Source: a virus (Duplodnaviria > Caudoviricetes). Taken from it: DNA of 38,512 nt. Position 1 is the first letter of the stretch; each line of letters opens with the position of its first letter. The stretch is from positions 1 to 38,512 of the IMG/VR virus record IMGVR_UViG_3300031519_000074. The stretch is one strand, 5' to 3'. The position numbers and the translations under genes are program-made. The notes beneath the pieces are model-generated. The model was not told the DNA's origin, did not search any database, and saw only the letters and a program-made list of their open reading frames with translations. Of the stretch, positions 19,927-28,433 are shown one piece after another.

Positions 19927-22158
19927 CTATTTTATTATTTTACTATTTGATCCTGTGTTATTATATTTAGAAAAACCAAAATCAATTTTTTTAACTTCTC
20001 TAGTTGTTTTTGATGCATACAAATGTCTTTGACAAGCCATTATAGCTAATCCTGAACTTATAGACGCATCAAACTTTGTCCTATTATTAATATCAAACCC
20101 CGCCCAATCTTCTAATGTTCTTTGGAAATACATTTTCCCATAGTCACCAGATTCTTTTAAGCCAACGTGGTCTTCTATATAACTTTCAATTGCAGCAGCA
20201 TGAGCCTGTTTTATATCTTCAGAAGAGTTTGGTATACCACCTAATTCTTTTTCAGTAACAGATAATTTGCTGCGTGCTTTGTCGGGTCTATTCATTGAGT
20301 AGCCTCGGTAACCCCGTCTTTTAATATGATATAATAATCTAGGCTTATTGTTTTCTGCTAATATAGGCATTCCATAAAATATCATTGCCATTAGAACATC
20401 TTCAAAAAATATTTCAGCTGTTTGTGGTCTCGCTATGTATTCTAAAAAAAATTGGCTTGAGGGAACTTCTGCTAGCATACTATAAGCGGTTAACCCATGT
20501 AGTGCCCCATTAGACCCACTGCCATCAGTCGTACCACTAATATCATAACTATCACAGCCGAAAGCACCCATGTCTTTATTACCAGGATATTTTATACCGT
20601 TCTTTATAACAATATTGTTTTGCATACTTACAGGAGGTATCCAAGATAACCTAAACCTTCCGTTCTTATTTGGTGAAAATTGTACTTCAGAATCTTTAAC
20701 TCCATTTTTCCAATTAAACGATCCAGTAGTTACATAACCCTCTTTGGTTAGGTCTTCATTAAAATCAGTTTGTTCGTATATCTTATTAAGATTAAATAAA
20801 GACTTTGCTATTTCATCTCTGAAAGCGTGCTTCTCTGTTCTTGGAAACTGTCTGTAGTATTCATTTAATCCATCGTTGTTATCTCTAAGTCCATCTGCTT
20901 CATTCTCCCAATGCTCGATAACTCCAGAGTAGATAAGCTCTCCGTCGATTCCTTCAACTGGCTTTTCAGGATTATCGAAGACAGGAAATCCATATTTATT
21001 AATGAATCCCTCGAAGTTCCATTCCATAGGTATGAACAAAGAATATAATCCACTAGCAGTCTGCCCATTGCGATTTCGCTTGTTGACGTCTGAATCATAA
21101 TATAGTTTTTTAAAATTCCCACCGCCTTTTTTAATTGCATTAGAGGTTGAACCCATCATGCATTTACCAACTATTCTTGCTCCGAGCCTAAGACACGTTT
21201 TCGTAACCCTCCAGTTGTTGAGGATGTTGTCCGGTCTCTCCCATTTACCCGATTCATCGTGGACGAGGAGCTTGAGTTTCTCTCCATCATACGAGTTGTC
21301 CCCTGTGTTCTTCCAGTCGATCGTGGTGTCAAGGCCGAGCTGGTCGGTCTCATCTGCGTTCTCCTTAATGGAGTTGCGAGTGAGTCTCTTTGACGGTACC
21401 TTGTATGATAACTCCGTCTTTGGACGTTCCATTCCGTCCTGTGTTGGTTTAAAAAAGAATGGGTAATTTGTTGATATTGGTACAACTTTGTCCGTAAACA
21501 TCTTTTTAGCATCTCCACCTGACTTTGATAAGATCCCAAATCTAGAGTCTCTAGATAATGTAGCCTGGTTAACAGTCTCTGAGCTTGCCATGAAGCTAAA
21601 CCCGGACCTTCTATTCTTAAGGTAACACATTCCATAACTTCTCGAGTCTGCACAACATGCCTCCCAGAATAAGTATAATATCCTATTTGCTTGTCGAAAG
21701 TCGGGTAACCCAATGTCAATCTTAGTCCAGTTGAGGTAGATATAGTGCGAACCGGTAATGTATTGAGCTTCACCGTTGCACATGAACCAGTGACCATCAC
21801 TACGCTTATTATACTCATTACTAATATAATCGTAGTACTTTTCTTTAATGTTTTCTGGATACTTTTTAAAATCATATAATGTTTTTATTTTATCAAGCGT
21901 CTCAGGTTTCTTAGTCCGTGTGAAAACTTGTTCCTCTGGAACATTGCTATTAGATTCAATTTGTTTTGGTTCAGGTGGTAATGCAATTTTTAAACCTTGT
22001 ATAGCATATATTTCACCTATCTGTCCGTTCTTACTTATAACGATGCAGTCTAAATCTTCATTAAATCCATATTTGAATGACTTGGATTTATTTAATTTTT
22101 TAACATACTTTTGTTGTAAGTGAGATGTTTGTACCGAGTATAAATGTTGTTTATACAT
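19927..22158 (-). CDS. terL: Terminase large subunit, 743 aa
   Basis: Walker A-like KNRRSGFS, Walker B LLVHDESGKW, motif III GST, nuclease FGCDSYD and KFDASISSG. Confidence 0.93.
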   Translation of the reverse strand: MYKQHLYSVQTSHLQQKYVKKLNKSKSFKYGFNEDLDCIVISKNGQIGEIYAIQGLKIALPPEPKQIESNSNVPEEQVFTRTKKPETLDKIKTLYDFKKYPENIKEKYYDYISNEYNKRSDGHWFMCNGEAQYITGSHYIYLNWTKIDIGLPDFRQANRILYLFWEACCADSRSYGMCYLKNRRSGFSFMASSETVNQATLSRDSRFGILSKSGGDAKKMFTDKVVPISTNYPFFFKPTQDGMERPKTELSYKVPSKRLTRNSIKENADETDQLGLDTTIDWKNTGDNSYDGEKLKLLVHDESGKWERPDNILNNWRVTKTCLRLGARIVGKCMMGSTSNAIKKGGGNFKKLYYDSDVNKRNRNGQTASGLYSLFIPMEWNFEGFINKYGFPVFDNPEKPVEGIDGELIYSGVIEHWENEADGLRDNNDGLNEYYRQFPRTEKHAFRDEIAKSLFNLNKIYEQTDFNEDLTKEGYVTTGSFNWKNGVKDSEVQFSPNKNGRFRLSWIPPVSMQNNIVIKNGIKYPGNKDMGAFGCDSYDISGTTDGSGSNGALHGLTAYSMLAEVPSSQFFLEYIARPQTAEIFFEDVLMAMIFYGMPILAENNKPRLLYHIKRRGYRGYSMNRPDKARSKLSVTEKELGGIPNSSEDIKQAHAAAIESYIEDHVGLKESGDYGKMYFQRTLEDWAGFDINNRTKFDASISSGLAIMACQRHLYASKTTREVKKIDFGFSKYNNTGSNSKIIK
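21171..21875 (-). CDS. Candidate overprinted lipoprotein in the +1 frame of terL, 234 aa
   Basis: 705 nt stop-free alternate frame; Lys-rich n-region, hydrophobic h-region, lipobox-like TGS-C32; local shift of terL to C/G-ending codons. Confidence 0.5.
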   Translation of the reverse strand: MILKSIQKTLKKSTTIILVMSIISVVMVTGSCATVKLNTLPVRTISTSTGLRLTLGYPTFDKQIGYYTYSGRHVVQTREVMECVTLRIEGPGLASWQAQRLLTRLHYLETLDLGSYQSQVEMLKRCLRTKLYQYQQITHSFLNQHRTEWNVQRRSYHTRYRQRDSLATPLRRTQMRPTSSALTPRSTGRTQGTTRMMERNSSSSSTMNRVNGRDRTTSSTTGGLRKRVLGSEQE

Positions 22159-22415
22159 TATTTAACTTGAGATTCAACACCAAAAAAATCATTGTTAGTG
22201 TCTTTGTTACTCTTGCCTGTAGCTGTAAGCTCTTCTACTTTATCTATCATAGCCATTGCGTCATCCATTGCAAGTCTATAAGCTGAAGCAGATACTTTAA
22301 CCTTTTCAGGATCTATCTCGTCAGAGTTCATTTTTTTATTCATTACTTTTATAAGCTCGTTGATTGAATTTTCAGCGGCTTCAAGTAGTAGTAGTTTTGT
22401 TTTCTTTATGTCCAT
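22158..22415 (-). CDS. Small helical protein, possible terminase small subunit, 85 aa
   Basis: Overlaps the terL start by 1 nt; helical; positional inference only. Confidence 0.45.
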   Translation of the reverse strand: MDIKKTKLLLLEAAENSINELIKVMNKKMNSDEIDPEKVKVSASAYRLAMDDAMAMIDKVEELTATGKSNKDTNNDFFGVESQVK

Positions 22416-22968
22416 AGTTGATAGTAATGTCTTTTGATAAAATTCTATATAATTTTTTATCTTCTATGTTAAACTCATATTCCGAATTAGGTGTAAACCC
22501 AACCACGTCTCCACAGGACAATCCTAAGGAGCTTAAGTAGTCATTTGTATATGTAAGCTTTCCTATTAGCTTTTGTTCGCTATCGGTGCTCCATACGTCT
22601 TTGTTTTCTAAAGGCTCCACAAAACAATACTGTATAGGACAATGCCATTTACCGTTTTGCTTGTATGCAAATATTTGCTCTTCAGAAACTGTGTATGTAT
22701 CTTCTTTTATATAGTTACCCGAGTTACGTTCGTTTCCCCTAACGTCATACCATCTACGAAATACATTGTGATGTACAATAACCTCGTTTCCGGATTCTAT
22801 AGGTGTTTTTATATTTATAGGTGCGTTAATTACAGTACCTATTCTGTTAACGAACAAATAATCTCTTTCTGTTATTTCTGTGTTAAGAATTAACTCTTTG
22901 CTGCCAACAGACACTTTATTATCGTATCGGCTATTTGTTGATATAATATAATTGTATAGTGATCTCAT
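22381..22968 (-). CDS. GroES-like protein with two tandem Cpn10-like domains, 195 aa
   Basis: Two units with GroES-like pattern: RIGTVINAP...IESGNEVIV and GKLTY...LSCGDVVGF...FNIEDKKLYRILSKDI. Confidence 0.55.
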   Translation of the reverse strand: MRSLYNYIISTNSRYDNKVSVGSKELILNTEITERDYLFVNRIGTVINAPINIKTPIESGNEVIVHHNVFRRWYDVRGNERNSGNYIKEDTYTVSEEQIFAYKQNGKWHCPIQYCFVEPLENKDVWSTDSEQKLIGKLTYTNDYLSSLGLSCGDVVGFTPNSEYEFNIEDKKLYRILSKDITINYGHKENKTTTT

Positions 22969-23187
22969 TTAATAATCTAAATTGTATTCTATTGATATGG
23001 CCATGTTTTTATTGAAGTTTTTCCAAGGCAGTTGTGCTCCTTTCTTTTCAATGTATATATTGTAAGACCCATCTTCTTCTAGTATATCACATATTTTGTG
23101 ACCCCCGTAAACTTCTTGCCCAACGGCATAGTGCATAGCCTCGTTCTTATAGTCTTGGCCAACGCTTATTTTTCTAATTAATTTCAT
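22969..23187 (-). CDS. Conserved hypothetical protein, 72 aa (start corrected to MKLIRKIS)
   Basis: ATG at 23187 removes the overlap with the peptidase gene; abuts the downstream gene. Confidence 0.7.
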   Translation of the reverse strand: MKLIRKISVGQDYKNEAMHYAVGQEVYGGHKICDILEEDGSYNIYIEKKGAQLPWKNFNKNMAISIEYNLDY

Positions 23188-23197
23188 TAAATTTATT

Positions 23198-23554
23198 TTA
23201 ATATGTCCATATAGTAGTGGATGGTGCACCCGGATAACCAATACCTAAATGTATAAACCCACTTTTTCTGGAAATTCCTATTCTAGTAAACCCTATTTTA
23301 ATGGCTGCTTTAACCAATAAAAAAGTAGCCTCACCTCCAACGCACTTTATGTCTACAGCTGCACCATGAGCGTGTTCGCCTGGTTTAGCTTTGGCAGCTT
23401 CTATAGGGTGTTCTGGTGCTCTATAAGAAGAATTTATAATTATGGGAAACCCATATTCTTTTCTTAAAGCGTCCAGCTTACCTAATAAAAGGGGATCCAT
23501 TTTATCCATGTTGCCCTTAAAATCATCTTTGTCGTTGAAGTATTTTAATTTCAT
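23198..23554 (-). CDS. Peptidase M15 family endolysin candidate, 118 aa
   Basis: SSYR..HP, H.HG.AVDI, FIH zinc-binding motifs; adjacent to holin-like genes. Confidence 0.85.
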   Translation of the reverse strand: MKLKYFNDKDDFKGNMDKMDPLLLGKLDALRKEYGFPIIINSSYRAPEHPIEAAKAKPGEHAHGAAVDIKCVGGEATFLLVKAAIKIGFTRIGISRKSGFIHLGIGYPGAPSTTIWTY

Positions 23555-23709
23555 TTATTACATATTTTTTTATATATATTTATACTGGTATAAATTATAG
23601 TTAATATCAATACCGCGGCCTGTAACATTGGCGTTATACCTACTTCCTGCGTGCTAGCAACTAATGCCGTTGAATTCAATCCGTATACTTTTAAATCTGT
23701 GAATGTCAT
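23551..23709 (-). CDS. Small membrane protein (holin/antiholin-like), 52 aa, MTFTDLKVYG...AAVLILTIIYTSINIYKKICNK
   Basis: Missing from the ORF track; ATGA 4-nt overlaps with both neighbours; C-terminal TM helix with basic tail. Confidence 0.75.
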   Translation of the reverse strand: MTFTDLKVYGLNSTALVASTQEVGITPMLQAAVLILTIIYTSINIYKKICNK

Positions 23710-24122
23710 TTATGCTTGTTGTCTCCCATTATTTTTTCAGCACCTCGAGAACCGAAGTAACCTATAAAAACGATAGTTAATAATTCCTTGACCGTTTCTA
23801 GCGATTCAAGTTGTAGTCCCCAGCCAGCAACAAATGCGACTGTAAGAAAGACTAGTGTAAGTGGACGGACATTAGAAGCTAACCAGGATCCACTCCTGGA
23901 GTCTGCTACCCAACGTTTGGTTATACCGTCAAACTCATGTATCTCTTGCTCTAACTTTTTAAGAGCAATCTCTTTATCTTTTGCGGGCATGTCCGATCCA
24001 CCAATAATGGCTTTTATAACATTACCTACGGGGGTGTCCCCTGCTATGGCACCTACAACGCTAGGAATTTTCTGTAGTAGAAATTTCCCAACGTCAGTGT
24101 CTTTAAATTTTTTTTTAGACAT
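23706..24122 (-). CDS. Holin-like membrane protein (3TM holin-type), 138 aa
   Basis: RW.AD..S.SWL..NVRPL, TM helices, YFGSRG.EK C-terminal motif. Confidence 0.75.
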   Translation of the reverse strand: MSKKKFKDTDVGKFLLQKIPSVVGAIAGDTPVGNVIKAIIGGSDMPAKDKEIALKKLEQEIHEFDGITKRWVADSRSGSWLASNVRPLTLVFLTVAFVAGWGLQLESLETVKELLTIVFIGYFGSRGAEKIMGDNKHK

Positions 24123-24123
24123 A

Positions 24124-24873
24124 TTATTGTTGGTATCCGTTAGAAACTATAGTATCTATTTGTGATTGTGGCATAACCCCATCATATATACTAAGACTTG
24201 ACCAGCTATCTGTCAACCAGTCTGTATAGCCAGGAGAACAACCTATCCAAAAACCAGAAGCCCCATTATTTGTTATTCCTGTTGGAAAAGTACCTCCTAT
24301 CGTAGTTTCGTTTACTAGAGTTGTTGCTGAGCCACCTTGCACGCCTACATAAGTCTTTACTGTATTTGCACTAAATGTTGTTGTTATATTATACCACGTA
24401 TTAAGATTAATTCCATCAGCAAAAGTAGCTACTACTGAATTTCCTGAATATACTCTAAGTGATTGCGTGTTAGCATTATTTCTACGAGTTAATCTTATTG
24501 AATTGGTGCCAAAAGCATTAAAAGCCCATATTCCTCTTTCTGAATTAAACCCTGGGTTATTTGGTTTTTTACCCCAATATGATACACTAAATTCTGTAGG
24601 TCTAGTAAAACCAGCTCTTCTAGCGTGAGATCCCCCACCATTCATAGTCCAAAACTTGTTTCCAGCTGTGTTGCTATAAGAGCCATAGAAAAAAGCAGCG
24701 GGGTTTCCGCTTAGGCCATAAGGACCTAATGTCAATCCATTTATTACATCGTTACATGAGGTTCCCCCATTAGTAAACGAGGCTGAATCCCATGCTCTCC
24801 AGGAGTTGTTTATCACTGCATCAGGTCCTCCCCCTCCACCAGCAGCCTTGATTTGATGTAATTGTCCAAACAT
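24124..24873 (-). CDS. LamG/concanavalin-like receptor-binding protein, 249 aa
   Basis: FSVSYW, TWYNITTTF, FWIG, LSIYD..M...I LamG-like pattern after a poly-Gly linker. Confidence 0.7.
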   Translation of the reverse strand: MFGQLHQIKAAGGGGGPDAVINNSWRAWDSASFTNGGTSCNDVINGLTLGPYGLSGNPAAFFYGSYSNTAGNKFWTMNGGGSHARRAGFTRPTEFSVSYWGKKPNNPGFNSERGIWAFNAFGTNSIRLTRRNNANTQSLRVYSGNSVVATFADGINLNTWYNITTTFSANTVKTYVGVQGGSATTLVNETTIGGTFPTGITNNGASGFWIGCSPGYTDWLTDSWSSLSIYDGVMPQSQIDTIVSNGYQQ

Positions 24874-24874
24874 A

Positions 24875-25234
24875 TTATGTAGCTATTTGTGATATTGAAT
24901 ACCAAAATTCAGTAGCGCTTATGCATGTAACTTGTATAAAGTTTTTGGCCGCACCGGTATCGTCGTAATCTCCACTTAATTTATTAAAAGTGCCTGAACT
25001 CCCTCCAACATTAAACGCTAGTGTATTACTTTGACCTTCCCCCACTACTACTATTACTTTTGTAATACCAGGAATGACGTTCTGCATGTTAAGCGTAATA
25101 TTTTCAGTTGCCGTAAAGTTAAATATTTGGCTCGCAGACCAATCTATATTTACTGTACCTGAAGATTGAGTTAACGATGCTGCTGTAGTAAACTCATCTC
25201 CGAGTTGTCCTCCTCTGTATTTAGTTTGTGCCAT
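24875..25234 (-). CDS. Tail fibre adaptor-like protein (paralog A1), 119 aa
   Basis: Shares IDW/LDF..AQ.F, G.YDDT...KNFIQ..C motif with 25237-25584 and 36817-37200. Confidence 0.65.
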   Translation of the reverse strand: MAQTKYRGGQLGDEFTTAASLTQSSGTVNIDWSASQIFNFTATENITLNMQNVIPGITKVIVVVGEGQSNTLAFNVGGSSGTFNKLSGDYDDTGAAKNFIQVTCISATEFWYSISQIAT

Positions 25235-25236
25235 AA

Positions 25237-25584
25237 TTAACTAGGTTGTGATATAGTATGAAAAAATTCACCTGTATTGGTATCATTTGTACATACTATT
25301 TGTATAAAATTTTTAACATTAGCAGTATCATCATAAGCTCCGCCTAAAAGGAAAGAAGTTCCTGGAAATGTTAATGTTTTAGATGCTCCTGTACCATTAA
25401 TTCTTAAAATCTTTACCATACCAATAGCAAAATCACTAAAAGTGAAAGTAGTGTTTTGATTTGGTACTAAAGTAAATACCTGTGCAGAATTAAAATCTAA
25501 ATCTATAGTGGCACCGGCTGTTAAAGAGTGAGCTGTCTGGAATTCATCCGATATTACACTTGAAGTTATTTTTGTTGTTGCCAT
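25237..25584 (-). CDS. Tail fibre adaptor-like protein (paralog A2), 115 aa
   Basis: Paralog of the adjacent gene (DEF.TA.SLT, YDDT...KNFIQ). Confidence 0.65.
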   Translation of the reverse strand: MATTKITSSVISDEFQTAHSLTAGATIDLDFNSAQVFTLVPNQNTTFTFSDFAIGMVKILRINGTGASKTLTFPGTSFLLGGAYDDTANVKNFIQIVCTNDTNTGEFFHTISQPS

Positions 25585-25587
25585 ATT

Positions 25588-26352
25588 TTAAAATTTAAAC
25601 CAAACTTTCATTTGAACTTTGCTATTTGTTGTACTATAATTTATTTGTCCCCAGTGAAAAAGTTTATCTGTATCTCCGTTGAGGTGATAAACGTAACCGT
25701 TTTTTATTCCATAATTGCTCTTGTTTGCCGCGACATAACTTGAATCCGGGTTTGGAGAAGATGTACTATTCATATACAAGTCATTTGCAGGAGTTGTGGC
25801 TGAAGGCAAAGGGTATGTACCTGGATAATGTGTGGATGTATACCTTGTAAACGCACCACTCAACGTAATAGGAGAAGAGTAAACGTAAAAATTATTGCTT
25901 TTATAATATCCCGTGTGTCCTGGGAAATATATATCACTAAAAGCTATTTTGTTCGCTCTAACATAATTACCTCCACCTATACCACACCCACCGTGACTAC
26001 TACTTTGGTCACTTTGTCCAGCATAAATTCCAGTAGGATAATTTCCTGCTCTTATTGATAATAGTCCAGCACTAGTAATTCCTGTATCTGCTAAGATACA
26101 TTGGCCCCCTTCATATTGGCCTCCTATATTACTATCCCATCTAGCCCATCCAGCTGTACTGGTTCCATTTTCTGATCCATCAATATCGAAATACATCTGT
26201 CTAGTTCTTGTTCCATCATTGAACCACCTGAGACCATTTGAGCCGCTGTCCGCTGCTACTTGTTCGTAAGATATATAAGCACTTGATTCTGATTGACCAT
26301 CGTGTGCAGGGGGATCTAAATTACTATTAAGTAATTGGGTTATACCTATCAT
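25588..26352 (-). CDS. Putative receptor-binding/tail-tip protein, 254 aa
   Basis: Gly/Ser/Tyr/Asn-rich beta protein within the fibre cluster; short N-terminal motif similar to 24124-24873 (M.G..QL). Confidence 0.5.
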   Translation of the reverse strand: MIGITQLLNSNLDPPAHDGQSESSAYISYEQVAADSGSNGLRWFNDGTRTRQMYFDIDGSENGTSTAGWARWDSNIGGQYEGGQCILADTGITSAGLLSIRAGNYPTGIYAGQSDQSSSHGGCGIGGGNYVRANKIAFSDIYFPGHTGYYKSNNFYVYSSPITLSGAFTRYTSTHYPGTYPLPSATTPANDLYMNSTSSPNPDSSYVAANKSNYGIKNGYVYHLNGDTDKLFHWGQINYSTTNSKVQMKVWFKF

Positions 26353-26663
26353 GACCAGGGAAAATTAGAATCAACAGAGTCTTGTGATAACTCAATTAAT
26401 TTTTTATCTAATTCTTTTGGTATCATTAATAATATAGGATCGTTAATAGTCCAGTTTATTACTTCTTGCTCTGTTAAATCTGCATACTCTGTAAATGGAT
26501 CAGGATGTTGTGGCTCAGGCCCCAATCGAACCTCAGTTTCAATACTTGCTTGGTTTGTTCCATCAGAAGCAGTAACGTTTATTACAGCACTTTTCACTAT
26601 GCTAGGATAAACTTCATCTGCCTTTTTTAAAGACGTAACGCTATATGTATATGTGTTTGCCAT
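26349..26663 (-). CDS. Tail-fibre-associated small acidic protein, 104 aa
   Basis: F..YADLTE..VI.W ... PW motif recalled from marine phage fibre clusters. Confidence 0.55.
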   Translation of the reverse strand: MANTYTYSVTSLKKADEVYPSIVKSAVINVTASDGTNQASIETEVRLGPEPQHPDPFTEYADLTEQEVINWTINDPILLMIPKELDKKLIELSQDSVDSNFPWS

Positions 26664-26685
26664 TATATTTTTTATTAAGGTTATA

Positions 26686-27270
26686 TTAGGATAGTGCCTG
26701 TATTGTTAATAAAGGTCTATTCCATAGAAAATTACCTGTTGCACCTCCACCATCTCGCCATATATTACCGTTAAGCTCTACTTGGTACGTACTGGAGTAT
26801 GTTCTTGCTTTCACACATATTTCTTTAGCTGCAGTCCACCCTGAGAATTTACCCGAGGCTGCATCAGTAGTGCTTGCTGTTAAATCAAAAACATAATTAA
26901 TGGTCATCATTTGATTTGCATAACCATAAGTTGTATAAGCTTGGTGAGCATAAGTTTTCATCGCTTCTGTTACGTCACTCCCGTCTACATATATTCTGTA
27001 ATGTGATATACCATAGTTACTATTAGGGACTGGATCTATGTGAACAAGATATTCATATTTTATGTATTTAGTGCCAGAGGGTGGTGTGTAGTCTACTTTA
27101 GACCCTGTAACTTCGGTGTACGAAACGTTTAAAGCCTGTGTTCCAGTTACGTTTTGCATAGTATAGGTTCCTGAACCAACAGTTATACTGCGCCCATCAG
27201 GTACACACTGTATTTCTTCTAATAAGTTACTGCCTGCTGCTGCAGGGAAATAATCTGTTAAGTTTGCCAT
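26686..27270 (-). CDS. Tail fibre/tip protein (paralog B1), 194 aa
   Basis: MANLTDYFPA...DGR...SGTYT..NVT..Q.L..SY..VTGS...YTPPS shared with the two adjacent genes. Confidence 0.65.
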   Translation of the reverse strand: MANLTDYFPAAAGSNLLEEIQCVPDGRSITVGSGTYTMQNVTGTQALNVSYTEVTGSKVDYTPPSGTKYIKYEYLVHIDPVPNSNYGISHYRIYVDGSDVTEAMKTYAHQAYTTYGYANQMMTINYVFDLTASTTDAASGKFSGWTAAKEICVKARTYSSTYQVELNGNIWRDGGGATGNFLWNRPLLTIQALS

Positions 27271-27857
27271 TACGAATAAGAAGTTATTGTTATAATTGGT
27301 TTTGCATATACCTCATTACCTGAAGAACCAGCACCATCCTCATATTTATTATTATGAAGATTAACTTGATAAGTGCTGGCGTATTCTCTCCCTTGTACCT
27401 TAATTATTTTATTACTTGTCCAAGCGGATGCTAAAATTTGCCCAGCGGCAAGGTTAGTTGTGCTTTTTGTTAGATCAAAAACATATTCTACAAAACCAGG
27501 AAAATTACCTTCTGCGTATCCTTGGTTGGAATAGTTTGTTGCCATACCCCTACTAGCTGCTGTAACAACTGTACCGTCTAAAAGCAATCTGAGACCTAAA
27601 ATACCACTGTTCGAAACTGCTCTGTATTGAAAGTCAAACCTGTAATTAACCCATTTAGCCCCAGATGGGGGTTTATATGATATAGTACTTCCTGTAACAT
27701 CTGCAAAAGAGGTTGTTAAAGCTTGCAAGGCTGTGACATTTCCCATGGTATAGCTACCAGAAGAGACAGTTACGGCTCTACCATCTGCTGGTGCTGAAAA
27801 CATCTCCAGAATTGTATTTGACGCTGGAGCTGGAAAATAATCTGTTAAATTTGCCAT
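27270..27857 (-). CDS. Tail fibre/tip protein (paralog B2), 195 aa
   Basis: Tandem paralog; TAATG coupling. Confidence 0.65.
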   Translation of the reverse strand: MANLTDYFPAPASNTILEMFSAPADGRAVTVSSGSYTMGNVTALQALTTSFADVTGSTISYKPPSGAKWVNYRFDFQYRAVSNSGILGLRLLLDGTVVTAASRGMATNYSNQGYAEGNFPGFVEYVFDLTKSTTNLAAGQILASAWTSNKIIKVQGREYASTYQVNLHNNKYEDGAGSSGNEVYAKPIITITSYS

Positions 27858-28432
27858 TATGAATAAGCTTTTACCGTTAATGAAGGTTTTGTGTATTGAC
27901 TAGTGCCATATGTTGAGTAATAAGCATTATGGTGCACTGCTGCTTGATAAGTGCCACTATATTCCCTAGCTTGTACTTTTATAGTTTTTGCTGTTGTCCA
28001 ACTTGCAAACTTACCGTTTGCTGCATCATCTGAACTGGCTGCCAAATCAAAGTTATAAAACATACTTTCCATGTGATGTGCATGATTATGCCCGTGGTTA
28101 CCTGAGTAGTTACTAGAAATGCATTTATAAGCTGGAACAACTTCTGTGCCATCAATAATTAATTTAAAATGTGATATACCTGAGGAAGCAATAGAATCCC
28201 ATTCAAAATCAAACTTGTACAGTACATGATTTGCATCCGAGGGTGGGGTATATGCTATTGAACTGCCCGTTACATCTACATACGAAGTGCTTAAATTTTG
28301 GTAGGCTGTTACATTACCAAGTGTGTAAGTTCCCGACATCACCTCAATAGCTCTACCATCGCAAGTTCCGCTTATGGCTTCTAAAATGTTACTGCCTGCG
28401 GCTGCAGGGAAACTGTCTGAAAGATTTGCCAT
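27857..28432 (-). CDS. Tail fibre/tip protein (paralog B3), 191 aa, His-rich insert
   Basis: Tandem paralog; NHGHNHAHH segment. Confidence 0.65.
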   Translation of the reverse strand: MANLSDSFPAAAGSNILEAISGTCDGRAIEVMSGTYTLGNVTAYQNLSTSYVDVTGSSIAYTPPSDANHVLYKFDFEWDSIASSGISHFKLIIDGTEVVPAYKCISSNYSGNHGHNHAHHMESMFYNFDLAASSDDAANGKFASWTTAKTIKVQAREYSGTYQAAVHHNAYYSTYGTSQYTKPSLTVKAYS

Positions 28433-28433
28433 A

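Noticed and set aside
20865-21140. Second +1-frame ORF (91 aa) in terL as a continuation of the nested lipoprotein
   Set aside because: It is separated by two stops (TAG at 21171-21173, TGA at 21156-21158) and has no recognisable features. Worth rechecking only if homologs keep the frame open.
19927-22158. Intron or intein in terL suggested by the GC-richer segment
   Set aside because: The reading frame is continuous through Walker A, Walker B and the nuclease motifs, with no intein termini or insertion.
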